A stretch of DNA of 64,000 bases from assembly GCA_963726745.1 (NCBI GenBank), contig CAVSDR010000003.1:64001-128000 (forward strand). Reading direction: 5' to 3'. Shown here in pieces: positions 21,001-31,010 of the stretch. Numbering within the stretch: the first letter of the stretch is position 1; the number at the start of each line of letters is the position of its first letter. The translations under genes were made by a program, and so were the position numbers. This DNA comes from an uncultured Verrucomicrobiae bacterium. GTDB taxonomy: Bacteria; Verrucomicrobiota; Verrucomicrobiia; Chthoniobacterales; UBA10450. The notes beneath the pieces were generated by a model. That model did not search any database, was not told the origin of the DNA, and worked only from the letters and a program-made list of their open reading frames with translations.

Positions 21001-21139
21001 GCCGGAGCGAGCCGGTCCCGGTGTCGTTCGCATTGGTCACCGTGAAAACGGCCGCCCTCGCGGCCTGTTCCCCGAGCACCAAAGTGCTGGCTAAAAATGA
21101 AAGGAGCGACAGGCGGCGAAAGCGAAAGAGCGACATCAT
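18082..21139 (-). CDS. Large secreted protein: two beta-helix (CSLREA/choice-of-anchor Q-like) modules, PT linker, two NIS[ST]R domains; split by a frameshift at about 18870
   Basis: Signal peptide; two copies each of VTNAND.G.GSLR and LG.L..(N/T)GG..RT.A...DSPALDA..DQRG.PR..DLGA.E; ORF 18800-21226 joins ORF 18082-19221 after the PT run. Confidence 0.82.
18881..19070 (-). repeat. Hexamer microsatellite (CCAACG)x28 plus a few CCGACG units encoding a Pro-Thr linker
   Basis: Perfect gcgttg x28 on + at 18901-19068, flanked by gcgtcg units. Confidence 0.95.
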
Positions 21140-21253
21140 AGAAGGGCCGAAGGCCGCACAAGGTGCGTCCCCCAGCCCCTGCTGTCGAGCGCTTGCCGTG
21201 CCACGGGCAAGGGCGCGCGGCGCCAAGCGACACCGCGGCCCCGCCGGGGGGTG

Positions 21254-24200
21254 TTACTCGAGCAGGTAACCTTCCACCAAGGCCACGCCGATGGTGTCAT
21301 CCCGGCCGCGGACGATGGCGGTGTAGTTGCCAGGGACAAACGTCGCCACGATGGCGGATTCGCGGTCGTCGCTCGGCGGCACGGTGCTGGCGATCACTTC
21401 CGCTTCCTGGGTCTCGCGCCAGTTGTCGTTCCGGATGGAGTTCCCATTCGAGTCGAACAATTCCAACGTCGTGTCTTGGAGCGCGCCCGTCACCCCGCGG
21501 GCTGCGAGCGACGGCCCGATCGCGCGGATGATCAGTTTTGCTGGATACATTCCACCAACGATGAAGCCACCGATCATGACGTCGTCCCCCGTCCGGACGA
21601 AGCCGCGGCTGGAGATATTAGCCAGGCGAATGGGTGTGCCAGGTTCGAGATCATAAACCTCCACCAAGCCCACTCCGGTCCCGCCATTTTTCCCCTCCAG
21701 GATGGCGGTGTGCCCGCCGGGGCTCAGCGTGGCTACGATGGCCGACTCGCGGTCGTTCGAGGGCGGAACGGTGGTCTCGATGATCTCGCTCTCCTGGCTG
21801 CTGCGCCAGTCATCGTTCACGATCGCGCCGCCGTCGACGCGCAGGACGGGATCGGCCAGCGCGCCGCTCAACGGGAGCGACGGGCCAATTCCACGGATGA
21901 GCACCTTTTTCGGCTGAGCGCCGGTGACGATGAACCCGGCGATGAGCACGTTAGCGCCCGTTTCCACGCGCATGCGGGTGGCAATGTTGAGTGCCTTGGG
22001 CAGGGGTGGATTGGCGCCGTTCACTTGGAGCGACATGCCTGCGGGCCCGAAACTGACCTGCGCATTGGAGGTCACGCTCGCGAAAGTGCCGTTCGCCGCG
22101 CCGTAGGTGAGAGGGTTAAAAATGTCGCCCGCTTGCGGGACGAAGTCGTTGAGCGTGCGCACGACCAGGCGTCCCCCGAGGTTGGCGGTGCCGCTGATTT
22201 GGAGTTGATCGAATTGCGACGGGCCGGCGCCTCCCACTTCGAGAACCAGAGTGCCGTTTGCGCTTTGGGTGAAATTGCCATCCACGAAGATGCGACCGAG
22301 CGGAGTGCCCGGATCAATAAACGCGCCTTGATTTAGGACGGCTCCGCGCAGGTCGCCAATGCCGCTGATGGTTCCGCCAGTCAGCAAGATTTCGCCAGCG
22401 GCGGGGGCAGCGGCGGAACCGGCGCGCGCAGGTTGAATGGTGCTGCCGTCATTGCCGATAAGAGTGCTGCCATCATTCCCGATAAGCGGCGCGCCATCCG
22501 GACCGAGCAAGGTCGAGCCATCGTTGCCGATCAGGGTGCTGCTATCGAGGCCGATCAAGGTGCCGCCATCCAAGCCGACGAACCCGGTGCCGTTGGGATT
22601 CATCTGCCCGGGAGCCAACTGAAGAGCGCCGCCTCCGATGGTCGCACCGCCAGGCGCTCGGAGAATAGTGTTGGGCCCGAGCGTGGTCAGGCCCCCCAGC
22701 TGATTAAAGGAAACGGCGGGAACTTGGAGTGGCCCCTGCGAGATCTGTGAAGGCCCGGCCTGAATGGAGCCACGGTTTTCAATCACGACGTTTTCCCCAT
22801 TGAAGGAGTCAGCCGTGATCACGCAGGTGCTCTGGTTAATCAGATTTACCGACCGCAAGATCGGGCTTTGTCCGAGGATCAGGAACTTTCCAGCCGGGCC
22901 GTTGATATAGAGGTCGAGGTGGTCGATCTGGCCCGTGGCATGCAGGGTTCCGTAAACGTCCAGCGACGGTTGCACCGTGGCACTGGAGCTGGCGCCTACT
23001 CTCCCATTGACGGTCAGGTGCCGGACTTGAATGCCGAAATCGAGCGAGACGTTGTGGCCGGGTTGGATGATCACGTGATCCCATCGGCCCGGGGCGAGGG
23101 TACTCCCCCAGGTCGAAGGATTGTGCCATGAGCCGCTGCCGGCACTGCGAAAGAGCAAGCCGGGAGGGCTGGCCGCCGCGGCCTCGCTCGCAGCGCTGCC
23201 TTTCCTTGCCGGCTGCGATGCGGCCGACGGCGCGACGATGACGACAATTTGCGGCGATTCCGCTTTCGCTCCATCGGCGCCCGTGGCCACGGCGGTGATC
23301 TTGTGGTATCCAGGCTGGAGCCGGGCCGTGAGGGAGAAGGGCGCGCTCAGATCGGTCGCGACGTTCGCTGCCTCGTCCACCGTCAGCCGGACTTTCGTGC
23401 CGGGCTGCGTATCGTCTAACTCCACGTTAAAGGTGACATCCTGTGCGCCCGTAAATTCCGTGCTGGGCGCGGGCAAGGTGATCAATACCTGCGGGATCCG
23501 GCGCACGGCGGCGTTAAACGCGGTGGCGTCGAAGGTGTGCTCGCCATTCGATCCCACCACGAAATCAAGCGTGTCGCCGCTGGCGAGCGTGAGATCTCGC
23601 GAACGCATCCAGGCTCGGCCAGTCCTCGCGACGGTCGATTCGAAACTTTGGGAGAAGAGCTCCTGGCCATTCTTGATCACGTAAGCGGTCGCACCGTTGC
23701 CGCCGTGGTTGTCGAGATCGACCCAGCGCGCCATGACGCGGTAAACGCCCGTGGCCGGAGCGGTAAAGCGCGCGACGAGGAAGTCATTAGCGCTGCCTGG
23801 GCTGAGATACATTTGCGTTGGCAAAAGCGGCAGGTAATCGCCCGATCCGGTATTGAAGATGATCGGCGTAGTCTTCGTGTTCACGCCGAGGGTTGCCTGG
23901 CCCGACGCGATCCAACCATCGAGGCCGCTGGCCGCATTGACGTGTTGCGCCGGCGTGAACAGGGTGAGCGCGGTGCCCGCTGCCGTCGCGCGAGAACCGT
24001 ACTTCCATTGCGGCACCTTGGCGTTCACCGGGTTTGTTTCGTTCGAATTATTCGGTTTCTCGTGGCTTAATAAATCCCGGCCCGCTCCCCAAAGCACCGG
24101 AATCGGGATGGGATTCGGAGGCTCTGCGCCGAATTCATACGCCCCGATATCGACCGGGTTGGCAGCGGTGCCCGCGCGCGGAGCGCTTCGTTGATCGATG

Positions 24201-25591
24201 GATACTACCGGCACCGTGCCCAGATCGGAGCAGGTCGCCGCGAAGACGCAATTATCACCCATGTTGACCGCCGGAGAATTCGCCTCGAGAGCGTGCGTGG
24301 CGGTCGGCCCACCGTTGGCACCTAAGGAGCCGATTTGCGGTGCGACGTTAATCTTATCGCTCGCGGCCCACGTGATCGTCGTCCCACTGGTATTGCCGAT
24401 CAGGTTATAGCCAAGTGTGATAAACCCGGTCCCGCCGTTTGTCGCTAGATCCGGCCCGTTGCCGTTGCCAGCGATGTTCCCCGCAATGAGCGAATTTTTC
24501 GACCGAACCTCGCTCCCAGTTTCGAAGGTCACCGAGATACCGCCGCCGCCGCCGAAGGAAGTGTTCGTCGAAACCGTTTCGTTGCCGGTGACGGTACAAT
24601 TCAAGAGAAGGACACTGCTTCGGCCTTGATTGAAAAGCCCGCCTCCCCCGCGGCCCGCCTTGTTTCCGCTGATGGTGGAATTTATCATGGTCAGGGACGC
24701 AGATTGGTTACCTGATTGCGCACTCACGATGCCGCCACCTGCAGTGAAGACCGCAGGGTTGGTATTGCTCACCATATTTCCCGAAATGGTGGAGCGACGG
24801 ATGGTCATCACTCCTGCCAGATTTTGCACGCCGCCCGCGCCAAAGACCGCGCTGTTGCCACTAATGGTCGTGTCCTCGATCGTCACGCTGCCCTGATTGT
24901 TGGTCACGCCACCGCCCTCGGAGCTGCTATTCGGACTGGGAGGAACTGCGGTGTTGTCGCTGATCACGGAATTCGAAATCACGACGTTTCCTCGCAGCGT
25001 GTAGAAACCGGCGCCTCCACTCGCCACGTTGCCGGTCACTCTCGAGTTGCTGATCGTCATCGAAGTCTGACCACAGAGAATCCCCCCACCGATATTGGCG
25101 GTGTTGCCGGTGACGATGGAGTTCGTCAGGGTCATCGCCTCGCCGCTGTGATTAATTCCGCCGCCGAAGCTTTCGCTCGCCTTTCCCCCGGTGATGGTCA
25201 CGCCGTTGAGCGTCAACTTGCCGCCGTTGGTGAGGACACGGCTCGCGTTGTTGCCCGAGATCCGGAGTTCTTCTGGGTTCGGATGCGTGATCGTCAGCGC
25301 GCCTCCGGTCGCCTTTTCGACCACGAGCAACTCGCCCGTGGTCAGCGTGATGGTGCAGACCCCGTCCAGGCATCCGGGATCGCTCGCGGGAATGGCGAAA
25401 TTGATCGTGTCATCGGCCGGCGTGGCATTTGCATCCGACACCGCTTGCCGAAGACTTCCGGGTCCACTGTCCGCGGTCTTGGTCACCGTATACGTCGCCG
25501 CCGACGCGCTGGAATGAAACAGCGCACTGAAGAACAGCGCGAAGCCGCCAAAGATGCTCAGAGTGTGAAGTCGTGGCGTCGTTTTTTTCAT
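21254..25591 (-). CDS. Very large secreted protein (about 1445 aa): beta-helix, Ig-like, G8-like, IGNDGST repeats, passenger-like segment, two NI[AS][ST]R domains
   Basis: Signal peptide MKKTT..ASA; VTKTADSGPGSLRQA; LGANGGPTATHAL..SPA; SAGSGSWHNPSTW; ALNIATRMRVETG and LANISSRGFVRTG C-terminal repeats. Confidence 0.85.
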   Translation of the reverse strand: MKKTTPRLHTLSIFGGFALFFSALFHSSASAATYTVTKTADSGPGSLRQAVSDANATPADDTINFAIPASDPGCLDGVCTITLTTGELLVVEKATGGALTITHPNPEELRISGNNASRVLTNGGKLTLNGVTITGGKASESFGGGINHSGEAMTLTNSIVTGNTANIGGGILCGQTSMTISNSRVTGNVASGGAGFYTLRGNVVISNSVISDNTAVPPSPNSSSEGGGVTNNQGSVTIEDTTISGNSAVFGAGGVQNLAGVMTIRRSTISGNMVSNTNPAVFTAGGGIVSAQSGNQSASLTMINSTISGNKAGRGGGGLFNQGRSSVLLLNCTVTGNETVSTNTSFGGGGGISVTFETGSEVRSKNSLIAGNIAGNGNGPDLATNGGTGFITLGYNLIGNTSGTTITWAASDKINVAPQIGSLGANGGPTATHALEANSPAVNMGDNCVFAATCSDLGTVPVVSIDQRSAPRAGTAANPVDIGAYEFGAEPPNPIPIPVLWGAGRDLLSHEKPNNSNETNPVNAKVPQWKYGSRATAAGTALTLFTPAQHVNAASGLDGWIASGQATLGVNTKTTPIIFNTGSGDYLPLLPTQMYLSPGSANDFLVARFTAPATGVYRVMARWVDLDNHGGNGATAYVIKNGQELFSQSFESTVARTGRAWMRSRDLTLASGDTLDFVVGSNGEHTFDATAFNAAVRRIPQVLITLPAPSTEFTGAQDVTFNVELDDTQPGTKVRLTVDEAANVATDLSAPFSLTARLQPGYHKITAVATGADGAKAESPQIVVIVAPSAASQPARKGSAASEAAAASPPGLLFRSAGSGSWHNPSTWGSTLAPGRWDHVIIQPGHNVSLDFGIQVRHLTVNGRVGASSSATVQPSLDVYGTLHATGQIDHLDLYINGPAGKFLILGQSPILRSVNLINQSTCVITADSFNGENVVIENRGSIQAGPSQISQGPLQVPAVSFNQLGGLTTLGPNTILRAPGGATIGGGALQLAPGQMNPNGTGFVGLDGGTLIGLDSSTLIGNDGSTLLGPDGAPLIGNDGSTLIGNDGSTIQPARAGSAAAPAAGEILLTGGTISGIGDLRGAVLNQGAFIDPGTPLGRIFVDGNFTQSANGTLVLEVGGAGPSQFDQLQISGTANLGGRLVVRTLNDFVPQAGDIFNPLTYGAANGTFASVTSNAQVSFGPAGMSLQVNGANPPLPKALNIATRMRVETGANVLIAGFIVTGAQPKKVLIRGIGPSLPLSGALADPVLRVDGGAIVNDDWRSSQESEIIETTVPPSNDRESAIVATLSPGGHTAILEGKNGGTGVGLVEVYDLEPGTPIRLANISSRGFVRTGDDVMIGGFIVGGMYPAKLIIRAIGPSLAARGVTGALQDTTLELFDSNGNSIRNDNWRETQEAEVIASTVPPSDDRESAIVATFVPGNYTAIVRGRDDTIGVALVEGYLLE

Positions 25592-25820
25592 AGGTGTTCT
25601 GATCAAAAATGTCCGGCTCATAGAAGTTCCCTTTGCCCATTACGCCGGAAACGGCGCGAAAAGAGCTCACGCGCCGCGCAAAAAAAATCGTGGGGACGAG
25701 CGCGACCGCGCGAAGGGCGACGCCTTGGTGGCCGCTAAGCATGATTGGACGCCGCCGCGCGCAAGATCCTCGCCCGCGCTGGCGAGGGACAAGCCGCTGT
25801 CTAAAGTCGAGCCCGCTCCC

Positions 25821-26306
25821 CTAGTCGCGGAAATTCTTGAAGTTGGTCGCGACGCCGAAGTCTTTGCTCCGGACAAACGCGATCACTTCCTGGAGTTCGT
25901 CGCGCTTTTTCCCGGTCACACGAATCTGGCGCTCCTGGAGCGCGTTCTGGGTCTTGAAGCCGCCGGCCTTGATCGCGGCGATGATTTCCTTCGCCTTCTC
26001 ACCTTCCATTCCCTGGATGATTTTCAGCTCCTGGCGCGCGTGGCCCATGGAGGAAATTGCCGGGTCTTCCTGCTTGATGTTGCGCAGGTCCACGCTCCGG
26101 CGGGAGAGCTTGTTGATCACGATTTCGCGGAGGCCGTGCAGGCGGTTCGCATCCTCCGCGGTGAGTACGATCTTGTCTTTCTCGTGCACGATTTCGGCGG
26201 TGCTTCCCTTGAAATCGAAGCGGGTCGCGAGTTCCTTGCGCGCCTGGTTGAGCGCGTTGTCGATTTCCTGCTGGTCCACTTCCGAGACGATGTCGAACGA
26301 AGGCAT
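25821..26306 (-). CDS. yajQ: YajQ family nucleotide/c-di-GMP-binding protein
   Basis: MPSFDIVSEVD..E..NA..QA.KE...RFDFKGS, RVTGKKRDELQ, NFRD. Confidence 0.95.
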   Translation of the reverse strand: MPSFDIVSEVDQQEIDNALNQARKELATRFDFKGSTAEIVHEKDKIVLTAEDANRLHGLREIVINKLSRRSVDLRNIKQEDPAISSMGHARQELKIIQGMEGEKAKEIIAAIKAGGFKTQNALQERQIRVTGKKRDELQEVIAFVRSKDFGVATNFKNFRD

Positions 26307-26318
26307 GGGGCGAATTTG

Positions 26319-26346
26319 CGATTGCTGATTTTCGATTGTCGATTGT
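26319..26346. repeat. Degenerate 7-bp tandem repeat in the divergent yajQ/TPR intergenic gap
   Basis: cgattgc tgatttt cgattgt cgattgt. Confidence 0.5.
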
Positions 26347-26353
26347 TTTTCTG

Positions 26354-27730
26354 ATGTTTCTCTTTCGCGGCGTGCGGGCCCGTCCATTTTTCCAGGGACT
26401 GCTCTGCGCGCTACTCCTGGCCGGCTGCCACCGAATGAGCAGCGAGCAACGCCAGCTCCGCGCGGAGTTGCGGAAAAATCTGCGGGAAGGCCACTACGAA
26501 AAGGCGACCGAGCTGGCCCTGCGCAACCTCGAGTTTTCGCCGAATGAAGACGGCGCCTGGTCGCACCTGGTGCGCGCGCAGATCGGCGCGGGCGACTTTG
26601 AGCATGCGCACCAGTCGCTGGTCGATTGGCGCACCCGCGTGGCCAAAGTGTCGGCTAAATATGGGGAGCTCGCCGGCGATCTCGCCCTGGCCGAGAACCA
26701 GCCGGCGCGCGCGCTCGAGGAATGGAGCCGCCTGCTCGAGCAGGACCCGAAAAACGTGCGCCTGCTCACAAAGGTGGCCGGGCTCTATCGCAGGCGCAGC
26801 GCCGCTGGGAAGAGACCGAGGCGACCTGGAGCAGAATCCTCGCGGTGGAAACGACCGGCCCGGCGCTTGATGGAACGCGCCCTCGCCCGCCGTCAATTGC
26901 ACCGCTGGCCCGAAGCGGTGGCCGACGCGCAGCGCGCGCAGAAAATCGCGCCGGATGAGCCGACGGTTTATCGCGGCGCGCGGCTCTTTAATCGGCTGGC
27001 TAAATTTCTCGCGGAGATCCGCGAGCTCGACGCGCGGCTCGCGCTCGCGCCGGAGGATGACCAGACGCTGGCCGATCGCGCCCTGCTTTTTCTCCGGAGC
27101 GAAGACGCCGAGATGGCGCTCTCCGATAGCTTGCTCGCGCAGCGCATGGCGCCCTGGGCGGTGCGCCCAAAATTATTCGGCGCGCTCGCTGCGCTGGAAC
27201 TCGGGCGACCGGCGGAAGCCGAGATTTTCAGGGTGGAGCCGCACCTGCAAATCGAGAATCTGACGCCGGAAATCCTGCAAACCATCAGCCGACTGGACGC
27301 GGAGCTTTCGGTCGAGCGCGGGAACGCGGAATTACTCGTTAGCCGGGCCTGGCAGCTGAATGAAATCGACCAGCCGCGACTCGCGCTGGCGGATGCGGAA
27401 GAGGCGCTCAAAACCGCGCCAGAGATGACGAGCGCATTGGCGGAACGCGCCTTCGCGCTCGCGAAGCTCAGCCGCGGCGAGGAAGCGCTGGCCGATCTCC
27501 GCCGCGCGACCGAGCTCGAACCCAATCTCGCCAGCGCCTGGCAATACCGCGGCGACTTGGAGTTTGCTCACGGCGACTTTCCCGCGGCCGCGGAGTCGCT
27601 CAGCCATGCGCTCACGCTCAGCCCAAACGTGGCCGCGCTCGAGAAACGCGAGCAGGCCTACCGCCGACTCGGGTTGACCGAAAAGGCCGATGAGGACCGC
27701 CGCGCGCTCGACGCGCTCAAGGGGCCGTAA
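26354..27730 (+). CDS. TPR-repeat lipoprotein (probable pair of compensating frameshifts at about 26790-26868)
   Basis: LLAGC lipobox and many TPRs; the alternative frame QAQRRWEETEATWSRILAVE fits a TPR helix better than the in-frame RRRSAAGKRPRRPG. Confidence 0.78.
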   Translation: MFLFRGVRARPFFQGLLCALLLAGCHRMSSEQRQLRAELRKNLREGHYEKATELALRNLEFSPNEDGAWSHLVRAQIGAGDFEHAHQSLVDWRTRVAKVSAKYGELAGDLALAENQPARALEEWSRLLEQDPKNVRLLTKVAGLYRRRSAAGKRPRRPGAESSRWKRPARRLMERALARRQLHRWPEAVADAQRAQKIAPDEPTVYRGARLFNRLAKFLAEIRELDARLALAPEDDQTLADRALLFLRSEDAEMALSDSLLAQRMAPWAVRPKLFGALAALELGRPAEAEIFRVEPHLQIENLTPEILQTISRLDAELSVERGNAELLVSRAWQLNEIDQPRLALADAEEALKTAPEMTSALAERAFALAKLSRGEEALADLRRATELEPNLASAWQYRGDLEFAHGDFPAAAESLSHALTLSPNVAALEKREQAYRRLGLTEKADEDRRALDALKGP

Positions 27731-27736
27731 GGCGAC

Positions 27737-28501
27737 TCAGGGCATCTCCCAAATGCGGATGCTGCCCTCTTCCGCGCGCAGCCGGAAAGATGCGCCCGCC
27801 CCAGAACCGGTCGTTAGGCGAACCGCGCCCGCGCCTTCCAGGCCCGGGATGTTACCCAGGATGGCACCGCGAGTCGTGGCCAGGTCCAGGACCACCGCCG
27901 CGCCGTGCGGCAGGGAGACATTGAGGTCGCCGTTTTTGACCGCCGCAGAAACCTCGAATCGCCGCGGATCGCCCCAGCCGTAGAAAAGGTCGGCTACCCC
28001 GCGGCCGATCTCCAGCTCGGTAGGCGCGAAGCAATTCTCCACTGAGAGCTTCCCGTTCCCCAACCGCACTTTGACCAGCTCGCCGCGCAGGCCATTCACG
28101 ATGATCTCGCCGTCTTCCACCTCCAGCCCGGTGAGCGTGGCCGTGGCTGGCACGAGCAGAAAATAATCGACCGTGCCGGAGCGATCGGCGGTTGTGAGGC
28201 CCACCGGTTTCGCGGGGAAAACCGTGTCGATCGTGACGACGTCGCCGCTGCGCTGCACCTGCACCTGAATCGCGTCGAGCCGCGCTTGGGTGAAGGCTTT
28301 TTTGATCGCCGTCAGGCGCACGCCTGGCTCGTCGGAGGCGTAAATGTGGACCGTGCCTTCGGCGTTGCGCACGCTCAGGCGGACGTGGTCGCCCACGGCA
28401 TAACTTTCCTGCACGATCGCTTCCAAGGCCGGGCGCGCGCGCGCAGGAAGACCGGCGCCCAGCAAGAGAGCAGCGACGAGCAGAGCGCGAACGTGATGCA
28501 T
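27737..28501 (-). CDS. DUF4097/adhesin-like beta-repeat secreted protein
   Basis: Signal peptide; LSVRNAEGTVHI, VDYFLLVP, repeated NG.L.V / G.I motifs. Confidence 0.7.
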   Translation of the reverse strand: MHHVRALLVAALLLGAGLPARARPALEAIVQESYAVGDHVRLSVRNAEGTVHIYASDEPGVRLTAIKKAFTQARLDAIQVQVQRSGDVVTIDTVFPAKPVGLTTADRSGTVDYFLLVPATATLTGLEVEDGEIIVNGLRGELVKVRLGNGKLSVENCFAPTELEIGRGVADLFYGWGDPRRFEVSAAVKNGDLNVSLPHGAAVVLDLATTRGAILGNIPGLEGAGAVRLTTGSGAGASFRLRAEEGSIRIWEMP

Positions 28502-28595
28502 GCGGCACGCTAGCATAGGATCGATTCGCGTCGCCCAACGGCCGGTGAGATAGCCGGCGAAAGGCACGACCCGGTAGGGGCCTGGAGCCCGAGTT

Positions 28596-31010
28596 TTACT
28601 CGTAGCGCAGCGCGATCATCGGATCGACTTTCATCGCCCGGCGCGCCGGCACATAGCTGGCGAGCAACGCGGCCAGCGCGAGCAGCGAAAGGACGAGCGC
28701 GTAGATCGAAAGATCATTCGCGCTCACGCCGTAAAGCAGGCTGGCCATGAGGCGCGTCAGCGCGAAGGCGCCGAGCAACCCGACCGCGAGCCCGACGGCC
28801 ACGATGCTCAGGCTTTGTCGCAAAATCATTTGCAGCATTTCCCCGCGCTGCGCGCCCAGGGCCATGCGGATGCCGATCTCTTTCGTGCGCTGGGCGACGC
28901 TGTAAGCGATGACGCCGTAGATGCCGATCGCGGCCAGGATCATGGCCACGCCGGCGAACGCGCCGAGCAGGAGCATGTGGAACCGCGGCTGCGCCAGCGT
29001 ACTCCCGATGGCTTCCGGCAGCGGCACCAGTTTCGCGACGTAAACGTCCGGATCGATTTCGTGAATCGCGTTGCGGACCGCGTGGTCCAGGCCGCTGAGC
29101 TGATCGGAAGCGGTGCGCAGGACAAGGTTGATCCGGCGATCGGGATCCTGTTCGAAAGGAATGTAAAACTCCGGCTGCGGCACCTGCGCGAGCGATTCGT
29201 GTCGCGTGTTGCCGACCACGCCGATGATCTCACGCGCCGGCGGGTTGGGTTCGTCCTGATCGACCAACACTCGTTCGCCGACGGGAGATTTTTTGTCCGG
29301 GAAAAATTTCCGCGCAAACTCTTCGTTCACCATGATGACGGGCGCTGCGTCTTTGCCATCGCGCGTCTCGAAAGTCCGGCCCGCGAGCAACGGGATGCGC
29401 ATGGCGCGAAAGTAGTCGCCCTTGATCGTGAGATGCGACGCGCCCGGATGATTGCCCGGACCGGGATCGGGGCGGCCGGCGATCCAAAAGGACGAGCCGC
29501 GATCGTTTCCCGAGAACGGCATCGGCATCGCGCCGCCGGCCGCTTCCACTCCGGGCAGAATCTTGAGCCGCGCTTGCAGCTGTTCCATGAACGCCTGCTG
29601 CCGCACGGGGTCGGCGTAATTCACGCGTGGCAGGGCGAGGTCAAGCGTGACCGCGCGTTGCGGATCGAAGCCGGGATTGGAATGGCTTAGGTTGCTGAAG
29701 CTTTTGATTAACAATCCCGCGCCCGCGAGCAGCAACATCGAGAGCGCGACCTGCACGATCACGAGCAGGGCGCGCACGCGATGCGATTCCGGGCCGACCG
29801 CGCCGCGATTTCCTTCCTGGAGCGCGGCGCTCACATTCGGTTTCGAGACCTGCAGGGCCGGGATGATGGCGAAGAGCAGCGTACTGAAAATCGCCGTGAT
29901 GAAAGTGAAGAGCACGACCGCCCCGTTGATCCGGATTTCATCGAGGCGCGGGACATCTTTCGGTCCGAAAAGCCGCAGCAAATCCACGCCCCACGAAGCC
30001 AGGAGAAGCCCGGCGAGCCCGCCGAAGAAGGCGAGCAAAAATCCCTCGGCGAGCAGTTGCCGCATGACCCGCAGACGACTCGCGCCGAGTGCCGTGCGGA
30101 TGGCAATCTCACGGCGACGAGCGGTCGCGCGCGCGAGCAGGAGATTGGCGACATTGGCGCAGGCGATCAAGAGAACTACCACGACCGCCGCCAGGACCGT
30201 GAGCAAGGCGAGACGCACGTCACCCACCAGATCCTGTTTCAAGGGGAGCGCGAAAAAGGAGCGGCCGGTGTTTGAATCGGGATACTCTTGCGCCAGGCGC
30301 GCGCCGAGCGCGGCGACCTCCGCGGTGGCCTGTTGCACATTGTAGCCGGGCTTGAGCCGGCCGACGACGCGGAGGAAATGGCCGCCGCGCATCTTCAGTT
30401 GCTTCGCAACCACCGGCGGCAGCGGTTCGTAAAAATCGCGCGAGGCGCCGACCGGATAACGAAAGCCCGCCGGCATGACTCCGACGATGGTGAAGGGCCG
30501 CAGCGACATCATCAGGTCGCGCCCGATGATGTTGCGATCGCCGTTGAACATCTGCTGCCAGAGTTCATAAGAGATCACGACCACGCGTTTTTCTTCGACC
30601 TCCTCCGTTCGGGTGTAGGCGCGCCCGAGGAGCGGTTGCACGCCAAGGACGGCGAAAAGATCCGAGGTGACGGCGAGCCCGCGCACTTCGCGCGCCTCAC
30701 CGCCATTCCCGGCGACGCCGCCCGCCTCGGTATAGGCCGCGAGATGTTCGATCGATTGCGCTTGGTCGCGCAGGTCGGCGTAATCCGGAAAGGAACTCGT
30801 CTCGCGCTCCGACTCGCCTTTCACCTTGCTCCAGACGGAGATTAATTGCTCCGGCTGTGCGAAGGGCAGCGGCCGCAGCAGGACGGTATCGATCACGCTG
30901 AAGATCGCGCTGTTCGCGCCAATGCCGAGCGCGAGGGTCACGACCGCAATGACGGTGAAAGCGGGCGCTTTCAGCAGCATGCGCAAGGCGAATCGAACGT
31001 CCGAGATCAT
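28596..31010 (-). CDS. ABC transporter permease, duplicated MacB/FtsX (ADOP-type)
   Basis: DVRFALRML.KAPAFT..LALGIGANSAIFS, LLIACANVANLLLAR, REIAIRTALGA, EIGIRMALGA, PARRAMKVDPMIALRYE. Confidence 0.93.
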   Translation of the reverse strand: MISDVRFALRMLLKAPAFTVIAVVTLALGIGANSAIFSVIDTVLLRPLPFAQPEQLISVWSKVKGESERETSSFPDYADLRDQAQSIEHLAAYTEAGGVAGNGGEAREVRGLAVTSDLFAVLGVQPLLGRAYTRTEEVEEKRVVVISYELWQQMFNGDRNIIGRDLMMSLRPFTIVGVMPAGFRYPVGASRDFYEPLPPVVAKQLKMRGGHFLRVVGRLKPGYNVQQATAEVAALGARLAQEYPDSNTGRSFFALPLKQDLVGDVRLALLTVLAAVVVVLLIACANVANLLLARATARRREIAIRTALGASRLRVMRQLLAEGFLLAFFGGLAGLLLASWGVDLLRLFGPKDVPRLDEIRINGAVVLFTFITAIFSTLLFAIIPALQVSKPNVSAALQEGNRGAVGPESHRVRALLVIVQVALSMLLLAGAGLLIKSFSNLSHSNPGFDPQRAVTLDLALPRVNYADPVRQQAFMEQLQARLKILPGVEAAGGAMPMPFSGNDRGSSFWIAGRPDPGPGNHPGASHLTIKGDYFRAMRIPLLAGRTFETRDGKDAAPVIMVNEEFARKFFPDKKSPVGERVLVDQDEPNPPAREIIGVVGNTRHESLAQVPQPEFYIPFEQDPDRRINLVLRTASDQLSGLDHAVRNAIHEIDPDVYVAKLVPLPEAIGSTLAQPRFHMLLLGAFAGVAMILAAIGIYGVIAYSVAQRTKEIGIRMALGAQRGEMLQMILRQSLSIVAVGLAVGLLGAFALTRLMASLLYGVSANDLSIYALVLSLLALAALLASYVPARRAMKVDPMIALRYE

